From positions 62,001 through 126,000 of the forward strand of contig NW_014577076.1 of NCBI RefSeq assembly GCF_000485595.1: DNA of 64,000 bases, written 5' to 3'. How positions within the stretch are numbered: the first letter of the stretch is position 1; the number at the start of each line of letters is the position of its first letter. The notes beneath the pieces are model-generated. The model was not told the DNA's origin and made no database searches. It was given only the letters and a program-made list of their open reading frames with translations. The stretch comes from Priapulus caudatus. Its lineage: Eukaryota. Positions 40,671-56,583 of this stretch are shown here, one piece after another. A program made the translations under genes and the position numbers.

Positions 40671-41379
40671 CTTGCAGCTCATCGTGTTTATGTACGGTTG
40701 CGTTGACATTGTGGACGACTGAACGATAATGGATTTGCCTGGGTATTTTCTTATTGCTGTTAGTACAGATAACGAGCAAGAGTCAACAATTGTCAATAGA
40801 GAGTAAGTGAACTAGCCAATCATCTGTAAACACCGCGGAAAAATACGCGGGGTTGTGCCGATTTTGGTTCTTGCTACAAATCTCTATCTAGTAGGATGGA
40901 TAGAAGTCTGGAGGAGGCTTCTGAGAAGTAGATCGTTGATCTTTATTATTTATGACACGCGCGTTTTGTCGCGTATGTATTTACGAAAAGCACGGAGACT
41001 AATGTGTAACATAGGTGGTTTAGGTGCTCTTGATTTTATAAATATGCTAACGCCAATCCAAAACCATCGCCTAGATTATCTAAGCGCTTCCGTCATACAT
41101 TCCCTCTGAATTTTGCCTATAGCAGGATCCGCGTTGGAACATATTTCCATGAACAAATCATGTCTAGGGACAATGGTTGTGCAGAGAATTAATGCGCGCC
41201 AGTCGCTAGGAATAAATTGCATCTTCCAAATATCATTATCCTTAATTGCTCAAAAACGTCGTCTTTACAGTATATACACATAATTAGACTATTTTAGCCT
41301 GCTGTTTAAGCATTTCATTCGCGGCTATATATAATTACTAGCTGGGATATTATATAATACATATAATATAACGTTGTTT

Positions 41380-43234
41380 TTCTACGTATGATGATGATAA
41401 AAAATATACTGACGTATCATTAAGGATTTTAATTACCAGTTATTAACGAGCTAATTGAATAACGCTATATCCCGTCGTGACGTGCGATTGCACGACGCTG
41501 TTCATATGCAATTAACGGAGGCAATTAACGGAAGCAATTAACGGAGGTTTTAACAGAGACGACTCTACGCACTGCCCGCGTAGTGCATTCACTTCACGCG
41601 TGCAAAAAAGCTTTTAAACAAATGACAATTACCGTCGTTGCTAGTTACGATGCCAGGCGAGATCATGCGCTACATTCCAAGAAGATATGTACCAGTACGC
41701 ATGAGATCAATAGCACTTTCTGAACATCCTAAAGGTCTTCATCTATGCAATTCGATGACTTTATCTTTCTGGTTAAGCACTCAATCGAGATGATATGATG
41801 TGAGTGTGGTTGCCACACATGCATGTATAGAGGCATTAACAATGGATTGACATGCACTAGTGTAATCAAGAGCGTATTAAGAAGGCTTCTTAATACGCCC
41901 TTGGTGTAATCCTCTTCCATCGAAAATATCTTTGCGAATCGTTGAGCATACAGGCCATTTGAATACCCTTAAACGGAAAATACTAACATGACTAACTATA
42001 TCATATGGCATATGGCTCTGTTCTTCCGATACAAACATAGACATTTTAGTTAGGATAGAGTTTCGTGACTGTAATCACCAATAATAGTTTATTACCTACA
42101 TCAGACCGTTACCCTAGTTACGCCGATTGACGCGAGGTCAGCTGACTTCATTCATGATCCTATTCGACGTTGGCATCTGAATTGAACGTTAATATTACAG
42201 ATGCGTGTAAGAATATTTACTATTGAGCGTAATATGCATACTAAACCGGTTTGGTGAGACGCAGTTAAGAACGCATTCTCAACTCTCGCACGGTTGTTAC
42301 TATGGGTAAAAGTTATCGTTAGTCAGGGTACCGTGCGGTGATGTGGTTGCAATCAAGGAAGGGGTAGACTTGTTGTCGTTAATAATCGGCACATACAGTT
42401 CCTAGTACCTACATGTCTGAATTAAGTTTTAACACACAGATGATGCTGTTAGCTACACTATATGAGCTGGGCACATTAAAATGTTTTTTTTTTAGCTAGT
42501 ACACTAATGTGCAAAAAAAAAAACGGTTGAGCGCAAAAGTACGACTCATTTAATTAATTTGGATTTATGGCGCATGTCTGAATAGAGTTTTGATATATGA
42601 GGTGCTCCATGCTGTGTTACACAGGCGGGTGCCTTATAATGATTTATTTTAGCAATTACAATTGAGGTTTTTAGGAGAATTTTCCGTACAGAAGTGTTCA
42701 ATAATTAGCTAGAGTTAGACTACAAAAGCTACACCCGTTTAATTTAACTTTGAATCCAAGGCTCAGTAGGCGCGTTGAAATGACATGCTACATTGTAATT
42801 TACTATGACTAATTTACTATTCGAATTCTAAAACCCATATTTTACGCTTAACGTTAACGCTTTATTAACACGTCGATAAACGCTACAAAACAATTCGAAT
42901 TACTCTGACATCAATTACGGAACCATAATCAACAATTACTGATATGTTACATGCGGTTCCAGAGCAAAAATATCAATAATTTAATTTTCCAATAGAAACT
43001 ATAAGAATATCACGCATGACTAACATGTATTACGTCGCATCCTATCACAGAATGGATGTATTGCCACTGATACTCCGATTTTTGTATGGGCGAAATAATG
43101 CAAGGTTCGGTTGACCGCGTCAGCACCTGCCATGCGGCAGATAGTCAGTAAGGAAATAGGAGACGCTGGGGAGAATTACGTCCCCCCACCCTATCATCCT
43201 CTTGCGTCTACCACGATGTGCGGTTATTCTACAA

Positions 43235-43260
<26 letters not shown>
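41380..43260. repeat. Second, indel-rich copy of 36935-38880
   Basis: Colinear near-identity, ending in a long (TA)n. Confidence 0.9.
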
Positions 43261-43322
<62 letters not shown>

Positions 43323-44311
43323 CTTAATTACTATTCGTCCATGCAGTTGCTCGCCCATGATACCATGGGAGAGGGGTTAGGTAATTACGCGGTAGTGCCA
43401 CCTCTTGGCTCTTTGAACAATCCCACCGAGAATGGCAGTAAGAAATTATTGGTGGCTAGCCAGTGAATCATGCTGAATGCAACTCTGTGGTGGGATGCTG
43501 TCCTATTATGATTTCTAGAGACCAGAACAGTTACTCACAAGAGCGATTGAGGGGTGCATATAGGCGGCTGCCCCATAAACTGCGGAGCAAAATAACTATG
43601 ATCTATGTAAATACTCCTAAAATAAATGTGATGAAAAACATATGGAAATTTCCCCTTCCATCAAAGCAATAACCAAAATGCACACTAAAAGGCTAACATC
43701 GACTCTCCAGGCAATATTTATCCTGTACGCGTAAATGCCATGTACAGGCCTCGTATATAAATACTGGCGACATGGCTCCCCGCCTTTCCTGTTATTGCGC
43801 TTCCGCGGGCAGCAATTCTCGTGTTGCACTTTGCTGCCAGAATCTGTAAACTCAGCCCTTTAATAATACACCAGCCACTTTCCTACACATATGCGCATAT
43901 GTGTGTGTAACATGTTACACACTCTAATAGCTTAATAGCGCACGAAAATACATACGGGAATCACGTATGTTGGTGTGTCATTTAAGTTTGTCAATCGGAT
44001 AAGACAACATGGCACACTTTCCTATAGCTGGTGTAGCCACATAGGATGACGGCAAAGGAAATGACTCGCAGGGAAATTACGCTACTTCCCTTACTAAAAG
44101 CACATGTAACCTTTATTCCCAGGCTAAATACTGATAGCGCTCCTTCCGATGTGTTTCAACATATTGACTCGGTATTCTGTCGGCGCATTTCATGCCGTGT
44201 GACTGTTTTCTGAGAGTCCGGCGTGTGCCATCCGTGAACATCTAACAAATATATGTGTTGACAGTATACGTTACGCGCTGACGGACAATCCCTTGCTGTG
44301 TAAACTGAAAA

Positions 44312-46057
44312 ATGTGTCAGTTTTCCCTCGTGGCTTCTGCTGTCTGCGTCGCAATCGCGTTCACACTGCTCACAGACAGCACCGGAGCTTACAACCTTGA
44401 TGTGGACAACGCGATCATATTCCATTCAGGCAAACGCGACGTCTTCTTTGGATATTCGGTGGCATTACTTAGACGGAACGAAGCGAATGACCGTTACTGG
44501 TGAGGCATTTACTTAGAGCAACGAGTAAACTCTGGCCGATATAGACAACTGTTATGTGTGGCATAATACTCAAATATCGTAAGAGCGAATTGTAATTAAT
44601 GCGACCCATGGTCCTCTCTGGATGTGATCGTTTAAACAAGTGGTTTAAACTTACTGGTTTTTCCGGTGTCAACGCAATTCAGAAGTGCTCGTGCGTGGTA
44701 GACCAAGTACTTGCCATTATTTTGCACGACATGAGCTCTAATACGTAACTCATAGTCAGACAGTCTTATATTTTACCTAGAAGTTATATTAATATGCAAA
44801 CATCTGCGTAATACAGAAGATAGGAAATTGTGCGTACGAGTTTTATTATGAACACATGTTTACATAGGCTCCTAGCAGGAACGCCAAAGTACGTCAATAA
44901 AAACCCTGTGCTGGATGGCTCAGTTACTGGCGACGTGTACATTTGCACGGAGCATAATGCAACATGCAGCATGTTGCTCATTAATGAAACAAGAGGTAAT
45001 GAGATCTGACTGTTTCTTTACTTCATAAATACCTTATCGCCTTGATGATCTTATACAGAACATTATAGTTAATGTAATGTGTGAAGATGTAACAGCCGTG
45101 TGTGCGATGATGTAAGGGTATGCGCTTATTTTCTACCTTTATTAAGGATAAGTTTTTAATTGCAGTTCAACGGAAGCGCGTGTATCTGTTTAATAATACA
45201 GAATACGTAGACATAATCGAAAATAAAAATGGACAATTTCTGGGCGGTAGCATGGACGCAACGGATGACATGATAACGGTAAATAAACCCATCAATGGCT
45301 GTAAATCCAATAATAATCACCATAATGATAATTAGGATAATAATGATAATATAGCCTAATACTACCCTCTTGATTACTACTCAAAAATAAATTGGTAGGC
45401 GATTTGAGTGGGTTTCAAATGATCTTCACTTAACGCCATGCAGTCATTTTAGCATAATGATTTCATGATGTTGATCCCTCTTACGGTGCTACTAAATGCT
45501 AGAAGAGTCGATAGGCCTACTGTAGTAGGTTTACTTGTCACATATCAACGTAAACTTTCTCATAACTCAATTATGAGCTAAGATTATTTTGGCAGAATAA
45601 TGCGTGGACCGCCAACCTAGTTTATGATCGAAATTTTAGTCGCGTGCAAAAATTTTGGGAAAATTGATATAAACGCAATTAGAGACTAACAGTATACTGA
45701 CGGCACTATATCTGTAGCTCATATTAGAGGAGAGGTTGTGACGGTTTACCACTACATATGTATTGCTGGCAAATGTTTGTTAGTGATAGCAACAGTTACT
45801 GTACAATCTAGATTTTAGGTTTCACGATAACATCCTGTGGGTATTTGATTGGCGTTTATGTAGGTATGCGGTCACCTGTGGCGGAACCGTAGACGACGGC
45901 TGAACTATGTAAATGGTCTCTGCTTTTATATTGACCCCAGTACTCGAGGAAGATGGAGAATTATTCCAAACTCACCCCTCTGGATTAAAAGTAAACAAAA
46001 AAAATTATTAACGAAATTATGATTATTTCGTTTATTTTAATAATAAAATGTAATGAT

Positions 46058-46089
<32 letters not shown>

Positions 46090-49000
46090 TTATAACGAAG
46101 ACAACAATTATTATATTTATATGCCCAAATAAGTGCATTTTTTAGATTGTATAAGTTATAAGCCTCTTACTGTGCATCAGCAAGCAATAATAATTCAATG
46201 AAGAATTTCACAGTAATTAAGTTATTCTTCACAAAATTATTGAATTACCTTAGATAGCGTAAAATATATATCATGTCACATAACGAGACAGATTATAATT
46301 TAGTACCATTATGTACCAGTGGGTTCAATCTTTCCTAAGTGTATTACATTTACACAAATCTTTTGCAGGACTTCAAGGGAAAGATACATATTATCAATAT
46401 TTTTTAGCAGTGGCCGGATTTTCTGTCCACATCACACAGGTAAACACGTAAACGTACGAGGAGTTAAATAAGAATATGTCAATAATCATCAATCTATTAA
46501 CTATAACTTGTTGAGAAGTTGTGACATATAGTCTATGCGTGTAAATGCGTCGTTATAACCGTGAGCGAGAATAAAAATGTACATGGGGAAAATTTACAAG
46601 TTTTAATTAAAAATTCGCTTTTAATTGCGTCACGAACAATAAATAATTACGTGCTAGTAGAAGTCGGGTTGAGGTCAAAGAGACCTTTTGGCAAAATTTC
46701 CTTAGGTAAAGCAATAACAGCAAGGGTTGTAAAGAGAATTAAGTGTTGACATATTCTTGTTGCAACGTTTTAGGATTCGAACAAGGAAATCCTGTTTGGT
46801 GTGCCAGGAGCTGACAATTTCAGGGGTAATATATGAACTATGACAGCATGCATGCTAAATAATGGTTGTTAAATCGTTGTTATGACCGTAGGGTCTTGGT
46901 AATAATCAACGCGATCGGGTAACATGAGGATAGTCACACCGGCATATAGACAGACAAGCTTAACATTCATAACTGTGCGAAAGGATTTAGTATAAGCTGA
47001 ATTAACACACATGAACTTACACATATTGTTGTAGCAAAAATGAACCGATAGACATGCAACCGTCTAGATCTTGGGTGAGTAGGCCTATATGCCCTTTTTA
47101 TGCCCCTAGTAAGAACTTAGTCCTGTCCGAATGCGTCTTTTACAGGCACCGCAATAGCAAGTAAATATGGAAACGAATCGTTTCTCGACATCCCACTCGC
47201 ACCTTCCCACTACTTTGACACAAGTTCCTATTTTGGTAGGTAATGCTTACTCATTGGGCAAGATTAATAAACTGTATGCCGTGGCTACGCTTCCGGTTAC
47301 CGGATGCTCAGCTCCCAGGCTACGCGTTCGGTCATATATTTCTTATTGAACCCAACTATATTTTTTCAGTAAAAAACAATAAACAATAAGTTTTTACCAT
47401 AATATTACTTACCTTTAGGTATTTTATCCAAAAAAGTGTTTTTTTTTAACTTTTGAAGCAATAGTAAATCCAGTAAAATCTACGATTTGAAAGGGGCGTG
47501 GCCTAATCGTGACGTAGATTTGGGAAACTGTGCTGAGCTTTGTAATGGATGACCGGACGCGTAGCCATTGCGCGAATTGACCAATAAAATGTATTGTCTT
47601 AGAATGTAGATATAGAAATTTTATATTACGGATCTTTAAATTGTTTAAATTTAGTTATTGAAGTCTTATTGGTCATTGGATTAAATTGTGTTTTGATTAG
47701 TGTAGTAGAGCGAATACGAAATAATACATCGATTATATGTATAATAATTATACAAATACGTATAATTGGTCTATTATTATACGTATGTATATTATTACAT
47801 TAATTGATAACTTTATTTGAATATGATCAATCAATCGCAAACAATTACCTCCTTAAATTGAGAATGACATTTTATATAGGTTACTCCACCACTTCCGGCA
47901 AATTAACGCAAGACAGTTTAACCTACTACGCAGCAGGAGCCCCGCGACTGCATAATCACGGAGAGGTAGATATGATCAGAAGTAGATAATAGGGAATAAG
48001 GGTTAATAGTTCCCTATTATCTACTTTTAATATGATCCAAACACCTGACACAATCGTTTATGTATACACTACAGAGAAAATAAATACATCGCTAGACATA
48101 ATAGCATGACCAGGACCATGGGTGGCTGCAGAATAACGATAAAGAAATAAACTAATAAGGAAAAGAAAGAAGGAACGTTGCAGAGCTGGGTGAGGGAACA
48201 AATCCAGTAGAGTTTGGTTTTATTCAATACGTCTTGCGTCACAATTTTGGCCAGGTATTCGTATATCGAACAGAGTATCTCCATAATAGAACGGACATAA
48301 CAACAAGGCCTGGAATACAGATTGTCAAGCGATTCATGGGCGATCATCCGTCACCACAAGTAAGTGCAGAGTTATTGCATAATATTTACAGGAAGAATGG
48401 CATAAATTATTTCACATTACATAGCTTTTAATATAAATAGTACCAGAGACCCTATATACTGTATACTATATAAGTATGTAGGGTGTTTGATAGTACCCTG
48501 CCCAGTATCAATGTCGTTTATAGAGCACACGATGTTAGAGCGAATGTAGCTCTAAGAAACGGTAATGTGTTATGCATAATTTAGTCTTGCTTAGTTTTGT
48601 CTTCGGGATAGAGAGGAGGCAAACGGCTATAGATCCATGTGCCCGTCATAGGCTCCTCTCCTTTATTCAATCTTTCTAACTTTGATCTGCAGTTTGGGGA
48701 ATACTTTGGTGCCGCAGTATGCGCAGTTGACATCAATGGAGACAGTATGGACGACCTATTGGTGGGGGCGCCACAGTACAGCGTGATTGGAGACGAGGGT
48801 CGTGTCTACGTATATATCACAGAAGGATTGGTCAGTGAATTATTATCTTACGTACACAAATAAACGTACTTTGTTGTAGATGATATGTGGTATTCGGGAT
48901 GTCACTCATTTAGTTAGAGAGCCACGAAGATTCAATGGTTTGGCAGTAGCGAATTAGGTGGGTGCGTATGGTTAGGGCGATTAACTACCACGATAGTTTG

Positions 49001-50614
49001 AGTAGACATTTCGTTGCGAGATTGGCAGTATTTTCATGTATAGGAAAAATGCGCCGCACAGCATAGAAATGACATTGCCCCGTTGTATAAAATAGAGGTA
49101 TCGGTCCTACCAGTAGTGTGCAGCTATGCTATAGCTTGTTCTTTCAGAATAGCGATCTCTCAGAGAGCAAATGGACGCCAGCAGCACAAATTCTAACGTT
49201 TTCGGCTGAAATTCGTTTTTCTTGCCAGCCTAGACTCTTACGCACGTACACGCGTGCGCGAGTGATCATAGAACCACACGCGTAGGTGTCATATATAACT
49301 TACTATTTTAGCGTGCAGTGACATTAACGATGGCAACGTTGCGAGGTTTCAAAATTTTGGCAATTATAGTTGCAGGAATAAATAAAATTACGTTTTGCGG
49401 ATTGCGATCATGGTTAAATACAAAATATACTAACAATAAAACTAAGGATGCCAATGCGACCTTTAGTTTCACTAATGTTTAATGACGCATGTCCATCGCA
49501 GTGGGAAAGAGACCAGGGGCATTTTTTGTGATAAAAAAGGTTAAAGCTGTCAAATAATCGAGAATTTGTCAAATGCTGGAATGACTTTAAATCCTGGAGA
49601 AGAGTGCGCGCACTTTCATCACACTTTCGTAAAAGCCACACCGCTGAGATACTGAATTTAATAAAATTATGAGAAAACGCATTGTGCTGGAGTATATCCT
49701 ACACATGGTGCGTCCATTTTTACAATTCAGAAAGATACGGGACTGTGCATCAAAATTGCCATAAATTCGAATTTAAAGTGTGTTCAAGGCTGTCGCTGGT
49801 GATCTTTCCAAATAACTGGTTTTTAGAATTTATATACTCCTAAAACGCGCATCAGACTCTGTGGGCCCACTGCATATTGCATCATATATGGAAGCACATG
49901 GAAGACAGTTTGCTGAAATGGTACTAATATATATCGTACTTGAAAAATAGAAGCATAATTTGTCACACTGGGGATTACAGAAGATTGTGTGTTAAATTAA
50001 TACAAAATTAATGCTCAAGAATCAGCCAGCAACTCGGAAAATCGCAATTAAATACCCGGATAATAATTAAGGCTGTCAGTATTGATTTAATGCATCGTTT
50101 TTACAATTTAGCTTGAGACCTAAATTGTGTAAGCATTACACAGTCTAGCACAACATTCTTCTAGAAGACAATTTGTTCATCGTTAGAAGTTGGACATCGT
50201 TATTTTGCCGAGTGACAAAGGCACATATTTACATATAGTCGTATTCAATTTGTTCCATGAGACATGATATCCCATTCTACAGCTTTTCAGTCAAGGAATG
50301 TGTATACCTAAAAAATATGGAGAGAATATATACATATATATAACATGACTATTTCCCATGAGCAATCTCGCTGTGCATAAGTGTATCGCGTTGTATTTGG
50401 GATAGGGCTTTACATACATCTCTATTAGCAAATAATTTGGTCATTAAAGATATGATGAGTTAATAATATAAAAATATAATAAATAAAGATATGTTTAAAC
50501 CTATGCTAGGCGGACAGTTGATCATCTTCAATTTTCATTTGCAAACAATATATCAATTCGTATTCAAAAATTCGTATTCAGCAAATATGATTTTGGTTAA
50601 AATCACGTTCAACG

Positions 50615-50673
<59 letters not shown>

Positions 50674-52803
50674 AGACACATATAATCAGGAGTGAATCAT
50701 AATAGATCTATAATAATAATAGTAATAATAATAACAACAACAACCAAGTAATAATAATATTAATAATATATCTGTTATTGTTGCACTCGTGATATTAATG
50801 TATCCGCCGTGGCTGGCTCTTTAACTGATATGTAAAACATATTCTGGTCATGAACTCTGTGGCTAAATTATGCTCACCGCCATCAATTATTCAATCAACC
50901 TAACTATCTATCTAGNNNNNNNNNNNNNNNNNNNNNNNNNAATGAGGATTAAGGACTCTATTGTAGCCCGGGTAATTTCTTGAAGCTGATAAATAACTGA
51001 CAACGTCAAGCCGCCTCCGCCACCGGCGTTCCCGCTTAGAGCGATAGTATGTTTAATCTAGCGTATAAGCATACGATTAAATAAACAAGATTTCAAATCT
51101 GAATGATGGCCCTAGGGCCTGAGTAAGGCAGTTATAGCAGCTGAGACAGTGACGAGCGAATAGCCTAGAATAAGAAGTAAACAGGAGAGACGAGATGGGA
51201 GAGAGAACTGAAGCTCAGAGAGATGGTAACTTTTGTTTTGGAGAGAGTATATTCCTTTTATTGCAGTGACCGAGTAGACGCGGCGAGCGCACGAGAGAGA
51301 GAGCAGCGGGAGAGAGACCTAGTTTAGCGAGTAGGTGGTGGTTGGGACTTGAGTTGGGAGGGAAGGCGTCGAGGCGTGGGAGAGCGGAGTATGTAGGGTT
51401 TGTTATTGGTGGGTGTTGTGTGTTTATTATGGGTTTTGTTTTTGGTTTGTTTTTTTGGTGTTGATGTCGGTTTTTTGGTAAGTGTGTGTTAGGTGGGTGG
51501 TGTTTTAATGGTGGTTAATTTTTTTAATGTGTTTGGGTATGTGTGTTGGGGGTTTTTTGTGTTTTGGGGTTGGTTGTTGGTTCTGTTTTGTTGTTTGGTG
51601 TGGTTCGTGTTTTTGGGCGGTGTTTTTGTGTTTGTTTTGGGTGTGGTGTTGGGGATTTGTGGTGTTTTTTGGGGGGTTTTTTAGGTGTGGTTGTGTGTGG
51701 GTGGTGTGGTGTGGTGTGTAGCTTGTGGTTTGGTATGTGTTTTTGTGTGATCGGGGTGGGATTTGTTGTGGTTGTGTAGGTGGGTGGTGTATTGTTTGTT
51801 CGTGTGGTTTCTGTGTGGGTTTTTTTATTAAAATTGGGTGTTGTTGTGGTTGGTGTAGTGTGTTTTGGTGTATGTGTGGGGGTTGGTGTTTGTGGGTTGG
51901 TTTTTTGTTGGGTTGTGGTTTAGAGGTGGGTTAAGTGTTTGGGGTTGTGTGGGTGTGGTGTGTGTGGTTATGGTGTGTTCTAGTGTTGGGGTATGTGGTT
52001 GGGGGGGTTTTTGTAGGGAGATGGTGTGTTGTGGGGTGTTTGTGGTGGGTGTTGTGGGGGATTGGTGGTTGTTATGTTTTTGGGGGTGTTTGTACTTGTT
52101 GCTGTGTGTTGTACGTGTTGTCGACGTTGTTGTTGGTGGTTCGTGGGTTGTATGTGGGGGTGGTGTTTTTTGTGGTTGTGTGTTTGGTGTTGGGTGGTTT
52201 GTGGTTGTGGGTATTTTTGGTGTTTTTAATGTGGTTTTGGGTTATTTTTAGTGGGTGTGTGTTGTTGGTGGTGGTTGTTGCTGGGGGTTGTTCGGTAGGT
52301 GTGGTCGTGTTTTTTTTTTCTTCGGTTGGTGCGGGGAGTAGGTGTGTGGTGTTGTTGTTGGTGGTGTGTTGTGATTGTGGTGTTTGTTTTGGTTGTTGTT
52401 TTGGTGTTAATGTTTTTGTGGGTGTTAGTTGGTAATTGCGGTCGTTGTGTCGTTGGGGGGTTTGTTGTTATAGGTGTTTGGGTGTTGGTTATTTTTTGTT
52501 TGTTTCGTGTGTAAGGGTTTTGTGTGGTGTTATTGTGTTTGGGTCTAAGTTTTATTATTTTTGTTGGTTTGTGGTGGATTGTGTTGTTGGTGTCTTGTGG
52601 GTGTTGATTTTTGTGTAATGTTGTTTTTGTTTTTGGGTTCTTTTTTTATTGTTTTATTTATTAAGTTTTTTTTTTTTTTTGTTTCTTTTTTTTGTTTTAT
52701 TTTATTTAATTTAATCTAAGGAGCGAAAAGGTACCGAACGCGAAGGAAAATAGAAAGGAATATATACATATATATATATATTATAAATATATATACATAA
52801 TAT

Positions 52804-52835
<32 letters not shown>

Positions 52836-54071
52836 TAATAGAGAGAGAGAGAAAGAGAGAGAGAGAAGAGAGGGGGAGAGAGAACATCGGAGGAATACAT
52901 CAAAAATGTAAGAGAGAGATAGAGAGACTCGAGAGCGACAGAGAACGGAGATGGCCGGTGCGGCCAGCACCCAGCAGAACGTCTTTACACACATACGCAA
53001 AAACAGACAGCTCGTTCTTCAAAGGTAGCGGAGTGCTAAATATGCTAGCGCTGTTTGTGAGTAACTGAATCTAGCGACGCCCGAGTGCCAGCCTGGATGC
53101 AGCGCAGCATGCAGCCTGCATCGCTCGCCAGCAGACAGCGGCGTCGGCATTGCCGACACCAGTCGCTGGAAAGCGCCGACGCCGTAACTGTTACGCCTTG
53201 CCAACCTGTTCCGCGCACGCACGCACGCACGCAACGCCACGCACGCACGCACCACGGGCCCACCAAATATGCATGCATACCACACATCAGACACCAAGCA
53301 TACATACATGCATGCACGCACGCACGCACGACATCACGCATGCACACAGCACGCACGCACTCCACTCACTCACTCACGCACGACTCACTCACGCAGGCAG
53401 GCATGACGCTCTTACTGACGCACGCACACACTCACTCACGCACGCACGCACGCACGCACGCACGCACTCACTCACGCACGCACGCACGCACGCACGCACG
53501 CAGCCATCACACAAACACGCCGCTATCACTATGCGACGAACACACACACGTACACTACTGTCAACCTAAACGCAAATTTAAATATTTAGCCGCGCTGGTG
53601 ATTCGTCGACGTGATAATGTAAGTGGGAGCTTTAGCGCATGATGGCGCTGATTATAGAAGCAGCACAGTCTGATTACACTGCCGAGTACCGCCGCCCCGG
53701 CCACGCGCATGCGCACTAGCAGGCACAATTGCTGACGCGTTGAGCGCAAAGCGATCAGCCAGCTATCAGTACATGTAACATGTCAAGTACATGATGTAGT
53801 AACGACCGTCGACATGACGGCAATAATAATAGCAGGAATAAAATGTTAAAATGATGCAAATACACAGTTAATGTATACTCCTGATTAATGACAATATTAT
53901 GAATAATAATAATAAGAAGAAGATGAAGAAAAAGAATAAGAAGAAGAATGATAATTATTATGTTACAGAAAAAAATTTATTTGGGTTATTTTCTAAAATA
54001 TAGCAACATCGACACTAATATAATAAACGCCATGACTCCTAAAATATGTATAATGCAAGAAAAATGTCAAT

Positions 54072-54114
<43 letters not shown>

Positions 54115-54635
54115 GTAATAATAATAATAATAGTAATAATAATAGTACAAAATTATAAGAAAGGGCTTTAGTGTACTCACACATGCATGCATGTGTGTAC
54201 TCATACGCGGAACACCTCTACAGTTACATGCGCACGTCTGTATTCACGCACGTAATGCATGCATGCATGTGTATATACATACACGCTCGCGTGTACACAC
54301 GCCCGCTGCGTGTATGCATGCACGCGTGAGTGTACTCGCGCACGACCTACCATACACCCCTGTACTGCTCTAACAAAGCCTACTAGCGTCGATTCCGTCA
54401 CGACCGACCCCGCGGCAGCAGCGGCAGCGGGGAACGCACAGCGCGACGAGACCAACAACTCTCTCTCTAGGAAAACCGCGGAAATCTCTGCGAAATTGCG
54501 CTTTATTATCCGCATAAATCACGTGATTGCGTGGCGACCGTACGCGATCACGCGTCGATACTCTCTGTTACCAGCGCGCTGTTAAACCAGCAAACACTGT
54601 ATGTATGTATGTATGTATGTATGTATGTATGTATG

Positions 54636-54666
<31 letters not shown>

Positions 54667-56547
54667 CTGAAGCCGCAGCAGGGATACATACATACATACA
54701 TACATACATACATACATACATACATACATTGTATATATGTTACATACATACATACACACATCTATCCATCCACTCACCCATCTATCTATCTATCCCGCCA
54801 TTTCTCTCGCACGCACACCCAAACGCACGCATGCGCACACAGGAAGTGAGTAAACGTTGGCAAAACGTGATTATAATGTTATTTCAGGGCATATATTCCA
54901 GCCACATCAAGCCATTATCGGGAGGAAATCAGCCGGGATCAAGATTTGGTTCTGCAATTTCAACCATCGGCGATATCAATAGGGATGGATATAGTGGTAT
55001 TAATTTCTCGATAATAGCAATGTATAATGGAAATGGACCAAATGCTATCCCGTATGAACGACGATTTTACGATTAAACGAAATTTTCGCGGAGATTATTA
55101 TTTTGGTGTTTTTGAGATAGACAGTATAATTTATACACAAATTATTCACAAATTATACACAAATACACAAGCCGTGAATAAGTGAAGACAATAAGTGAAG
55201 TCAGTGTTATGCATATGCATATCCTTACTTAATTCCAATATTCGTAGTTTGGATCATAATTGCGTCACATAACTATAGGTGGATAGATGGATAGACGGAT
55301 GGATGGACGGACGGGTGGACGGACGGACGCACAGACAGATAGACAGACAGAAAGATAGACTGACAGAGAGACAGGCAAATAGACAAACAGACACAGAGGT
55401 ACAGAGACACAGCGACATACAGAAGGAAATATAAAGATAGAGAGAGGAGAAGCCAGGAAGAGAGAAGACATGCGTGAAACCAGGCAACCAGGGATGCATG
55501 TAGGCGGACAAAAATGCAGATAGGCAGGCATGCATGCACGTAAGCATAAGCAGGCATGCACGTAAGCATAAGCATAAACATAAGCATAAGCATAAGCATA
55601 AGCAGGCAGGCATGCAGGCAGACATTCAGACGAGCAAGTATAGGCTGGCAGGCATGCAGGATAATAGATATGTAGACAGGTAGGTAGATAGGCAGATAAG
55701 TAGGCAAAGATCCAGATAGGTAATTTAACCTATCCCGGTACCGCAGACATTTTATTATCTTTATTAGACATAATATTAACACATTGTTTAACTTAGCTAA
55801 AATTTCCAAAATACCTAGCTGCGCAATTCTAGGTATTTTGAATATTTCTTATCATGAAATAGCGACAGTCAATACTAGTTCTAAGCTTTATATTTGCAGA
55901 TGTAGCAATTGGAGCTCCTTACGAAAACAACCGAGTAGGAGCTGTATATATTTACCACGGGGCAGCGAGAGGCATTTATCCTAGATATCGACAGGTATAG
56001 GCACTTAATAGTTTACCAGACGGCACGACATATATAAAGTTGTAAACTTTTGTTGTTGTCGAAATGATGCCAATATTAATAACCGGCGGGAATGAAATGC
56101 AGATATTTTCTAGATTTAATTGGGCATCGCCACGATCAATTTACTCATAGCTAGGGAATGAATTTCTAACTAGATTAGCACTATTTAGATTGAATAGAGA
56201 AGAAAATTGGTGGCAAGATGAGACATATTACCAAGATATTACACATGTAATATCGTCTCGCCGACTAACCGTGTAACGCTTGGCAAGCAACTAAAGTAAA
56301 GTTCGTCTTTCTTTATACCTGGCATGAACCCCCCCCCCCTCCCCGCGCAATACATCTAACTAACACAGGTGATCCTTTATCTGTTTTTTTTTTACATTTT
56401 TTTATTGCTGCAACTGTGGCTAGAGCGCACGGCCAGCTAGGGATGTTTCCGTTCTAATTTTAACTGTTTCCTCTCCAATTAGTGCTGTTTTTATTTCAAC
56501 TAAAGCTGTTTCCATTCCACTGTATCGTATTAGTACAATATTAAGTA

Positions 56548-56583
<36 letters not shown>

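Noticed and set aside
51493..52618. Hydrophobic V/G/C/W-rich ORFs
   Set aside because: Derived from G/T-only low-complexity sequence that is probably artefactual.
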